This document shows, in pieces, positions 60,260 through 64,000 of a stretch of DNA of 64,000 nucleotides; positions within the stretch are counted from its first letter, which is position 1; each line of letters opens with the position of its first letter. Origin of the DNA: Macrostomum lignano (taxonomy: Eukaryota); NCBI GenBank assembly GCA_002269645.1, contig NIVC01002009.1, positions 31,127-95,126 of the forward strand, in the 5' to 3' direction. A program made the translations under genes and the position numbers. The notes under the pieces are model-generated. The model saw nothing but the letters and a program-made list of their open reading frames with translations, ran no database searches and had not been told where the DNA came from.

Positions 60260-63200
60260 ATGGCATCGAAGCGCTCTGCTGCGGAAGCGGCAATATCGGC
60301 ATTGTGGGGGCAGGCCGGCCCATCGAGGCAGCAGCAGCAGCAGCAGCAGCAGTCACAGCCTCCGGCTGCAAAGCGGAGACAACTAGGTGAGTCTTGCAAG
60401 TCTGTGTAAAAATTTCTTTTTCGTCTTTGTCTTTTACGAAACTCTAAATTCGGGATTATTGAAAAATATAGGGCTGTTCTCTGTAAAACTGATTTTTCAT
60501 CTTTAGAATTCATTTGGCTTTCGCAAACTCAAAATCAGGCTTATTGAAATATTAGGCCCACTGTAAAACTGCTTTTCACCCTTCGCATTCGGAGTTGCTT
60601 TCCAAACTCTAAATTCAGCTTATTGAAATTCGGATTCGGACTTCGGACTGTCTGTCGCAGATTGAAGTAAAGGGAGGAACTGCTTTTGGTTCAGCATTCA
60701 TTTGTATTCGTGTGATTTGCAAACTCTAAATTCATGCTTATTGAAATAATATAGTGCTTTCTTTGAAACTACTGCTTTTCATCTTTAGCATTCATTTTGG
60801 CTTAAAATTTATGAATTTCCTCCTGCCATAGATGTTGAAGTAAAAAGAGGAAACTGGATTTCTCAATTCAGGCCTATTGAAATAACAGAGTTTTAGAGAA
60901 TATCCGCAGCAGCAGCAGTATAGCCAGATAATGCCTGTAGAGGATAGTCATAAAATTCCAGGGGCAGTATATGACTAATCCTTGAACTAGAGAGAAGCAA
61001 AAACAGCAATCCTGCGGCGCGAACGTGACTCAGCGGGGGGGGGGTGGGCAGGCGGCAGTGATAAAATCAACCCCGATTTTTGGGCTCAGCATGATGATGT
61101 AATCACCGCTGCAATTGACAGTAGGGTTTTGGCAGCAATAAAACTTGGCTGCTACAGTGAGGGTTATTAATCAGACAGCTTTAAAAACCCAAAAGCAGCC
61201 GCGCGGTATTGTTGCTGGTGTCAAGGAGGCACAATGGAGACACGTGCTGATAGGGGTTTTCTTAAATTTTACAATGTCTGCTGTGGCAGGATCTGTGTTA
61301 TCAGGGTCATCAATCAAACATTTTTGACAACCTAAAATTCGAAACGGGGGTCAATCAACCCCACATTTCTTTTGTTGCTACGTGTCGGAACGTGCCGAGT
61401 TGGGGTTTTTACAACTCGCCGATTTTTGTTGCTTGGGGTGGGCGATAAAATTGCTGCTGCTGCAGGCAATCAATCAAAAGTTTTTGACAGTTGTAAAATT
61501 CCAAGCGGTCAGAATTTTAGTCACCATGCGCATTTTTATTGCAGATTTGGCTCAATTTCAACCCCCGCCCCAGCCCGACACTGTCGAAGGCGATGGTAAG
61601 GAGTTGATTTTATTTCATGAGTCATTCACTCGCAATTCTAATTTCAAAACCCTCCATTTTTCAGGCTTCATTGCGCGTCTTGGCGGGCGAAAGCCCTGCC
61701 TAAGTTTAGAGCCAAGGGGGTAGAATATGTGGTGTCGTTCACCGATACCACTGATATTCGCGCCACGTTTGGTGGCATAATTTCTGTGCTTTGCGCCGAC
61801 CGAATGTCAACGATTTCATCTCGGCCAAGTTGACTGCCGACAACATGCTGCTCACGGTTAATGTCCCGCCGGTCCGCGCCGCCCGCTTCACTGCAGAGTT
61901 GATATTTAAACATATCAAGAAGGTTCTGCAGTCGGACTCCAGTGTCTTGGGCAACAACTTTAAATTGTTTTTGCTCAAGGCCTGGGTCCCGCGGGGCGGC
62001 TGCGGCAGCCTAGATGCGGCGGAGCGCCACATTCAGGCCAGGCATTCAATTGGGGGACGCAATTATGTCATCATCGCCAACAGCGATAAGCGCTGTCTCA
62101 TTCGAGCGCTGGTGGTGGCCAAGGCCTTTGCCGATCTGCAGGCCAAAGCCATCACTAAGAACACGTGGAAAACAATCAAGGCCGACTCCCCAATGCAGAA
62201 GAAGCTGACTGGGAGCTTCAGATTGCCGCCAAATTGTATTCGGTGAGTAAAAAATGTTCTTGCACATTTTAATTTGCATTTTTATTAATATACAAATGTT
62301 TTAGTCTTTATCAACCATTGCACAGGCCGGGCCTTTCGGGGTTGATGTGCTCACCCAACTGCTGGCAGTTCTGAACGCCCAGTCGCCCGGCCGAGATTTC
62401 GGCGTCCGGGTATACAGTGCTGAGGAGGGCAATACATGCGTGTATGCCCTGCCCGGCCGCGAAGTGCTGAATCTGCACCTAATTGGCGAACACTTTAACG
62501 CGGTGTGCAAGGTGCCGCCATTTTTCGGAGCCCGCCGCTATTGCGACCGCTGCCAGCAACCGTACGACTGCATGTCTAGAGAACACAGGTGCGCCAACAC
62601 CTGCCCTCAGTGCAAAGTGCCCGGCACCGACTGCAAAAGCCTGCAGCGTGACTACAAACGCTGTGCTGATTGTGGCCTCAAGTGCTACAATCAGCAGTGC
62701 TTCGACAACCACCGCCGAAAGAACCGGGCGGGGCGGTCACGCTGCAGCTCAACCCGTGTCTGCCCCAATTGCGGGTATTGCGAAGACCTGAAAGCCGGTC
62801 AAAAGGAGCCGGAGCACAAATGCGGGCACATCAAGTGCCCACTGTGTAAACAGTACGACGAGGCCGGCTCGCATTTGTGCTTCGTCAAGGCTCCCAAAGT
62901 GAAAGCATCAACTATGCCGTACGTGTTCTACGATACGGAAACATACACGGACGAGGAGAAGCAGCATCACGTGCACCTGGTGACTGCCGTCACGTGCTGC
63001 GAGACCTGCTCCGGCCGGGCGTTTCCGCGCGAGACTTGCCGCCTCTGCAATGGCCTGCATAGCGCCGCCAATTGTCTGACTGGCCGCGATCTGGGGGAGG
63101 AATTCTCCAATTGCGTCAGCCACTCAGACTGCGCCTGCCAAATGGCCGATTTTGTGTCTGTGGGCCCGGCCTCGCTGAATGCATTTTTCGCCTGGCTGAG

Positions 63201-64000
63201 CACAGCTTTCCGAGGCGGCGCCATTGTTGTAGCGCATAATGCATCAGGCTACGATTCGTTTCTACTGCTTGGCGCTCTACTCAACGGCCTGGCCAAGAAG
63301 CGGCCACAAGTACTGTTCCAGGGCAGCCGGCTAATGAGCATGACGGTGGATAAATTGGTATTCAAAGATTCGTTAAATTTCATACCAATCCCGCTTGCGC
63401 AATTCCCAAAAGCGCTGGGCTCGCTGACACAAAGCTGGCCAAGGGGACGTTTCCCCACGAGTTCAACAAGCCGGCTAATTGGAACTACGTGGGCTCCTAC
63501 CCGGCCATTGAGTATTATGGCGGCAAAGCAAACAAGGACTATGACTCAATCTGTGCTTGGCTAGCCTCGCGACAGGGCGAGTTGTTCAACTTTAATCGGG
63601 AATATCTCGATTATTGTTTGAGCGACACAGTCCTGCTTCGCGAGGGCTGTATCAAGTACAGGGCAATAATTGGAGACATTTGCGACGGCCTGGAACGTTT
63701 GTACAGGCCAATACGATTGCCAGTTTGGCAATGGCCGTTTTCACCACCCGATTTATGGAGCCCAACTCGGTCGGCGTGATTGCCCGGCAGGCCGACCAGC
63801 AGTCATTCAAGGCGCGCAAGTGGCTGACCTATTTGAATGCCACCGAATTTGGCGGGCGGCTGCGCACCTGCGACTCGACTGACGGCGAGGCGGTCATTCT
63901 TGGCCGCAAGGTGGATGGTTTTGATGAGGCGAGCAACACTGTCTTGCAGTTTCATGGCTGTTTCTACCATGGCTGCGAGCAGTGCATGCCTGATCAGGAT
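60260..64000 (+). CDS. Polinton/Maverick-type protein-primed family B DNA polymerase, intron-containing, several 1-nt frameshifts, incomplete at window edge
   Basis: Motifs NSDKRCLIRALVVAKA, a Cys-rich zinc-finger array, ExoI YVFYDTETY, ExoII AHNASGYDS, FKDSLNF, KGTFPH, ExoIII YCLSDTVLL and Vsr-like KVDGF...FHGCFYHGC. Predicted exons 60260-60386, 61545-61595, 61665-62242 and 62326 onward. Confidence 0.85.

Overview
This is eukaryotic (animal) genomic DNA. It has GC-rich exons, short GT-AG introns, TTAGGG-type repeats and very dense minisatellites and MITEs. That style resembles a free-living flatworm such as Macrostomum, but the species is only an inference. Host genes are a YLPM1-like exon (minus strand), a 3-exon MAK/ICK-family kinase, TFIIF alpha (RAP74) and three tandem GT7 beta-1,4-galactosyltransferase-like genes. 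Mobile DNA includes a complete, very young Gypsy LTR retrotransposon (36521-45163) nested in a foldback element, a decayed Gypsy pol inside a TIR element, Tc1 and hAT non-autonomous elements, a SINE, and the start of an intron-containing Polinton/Maverick-type protein-primed DNA polymerase that runs off the right edge. The best candidate for an undescribed system is extra coding cargo in the env position of the young Gypsy element. It comprises an HPD-less J-domain-like module, a helical region and a TatD-like barrel lacking most metal ligands. These may form one ~558-aa ORF that is broken only by single-base homopolymer deletions.
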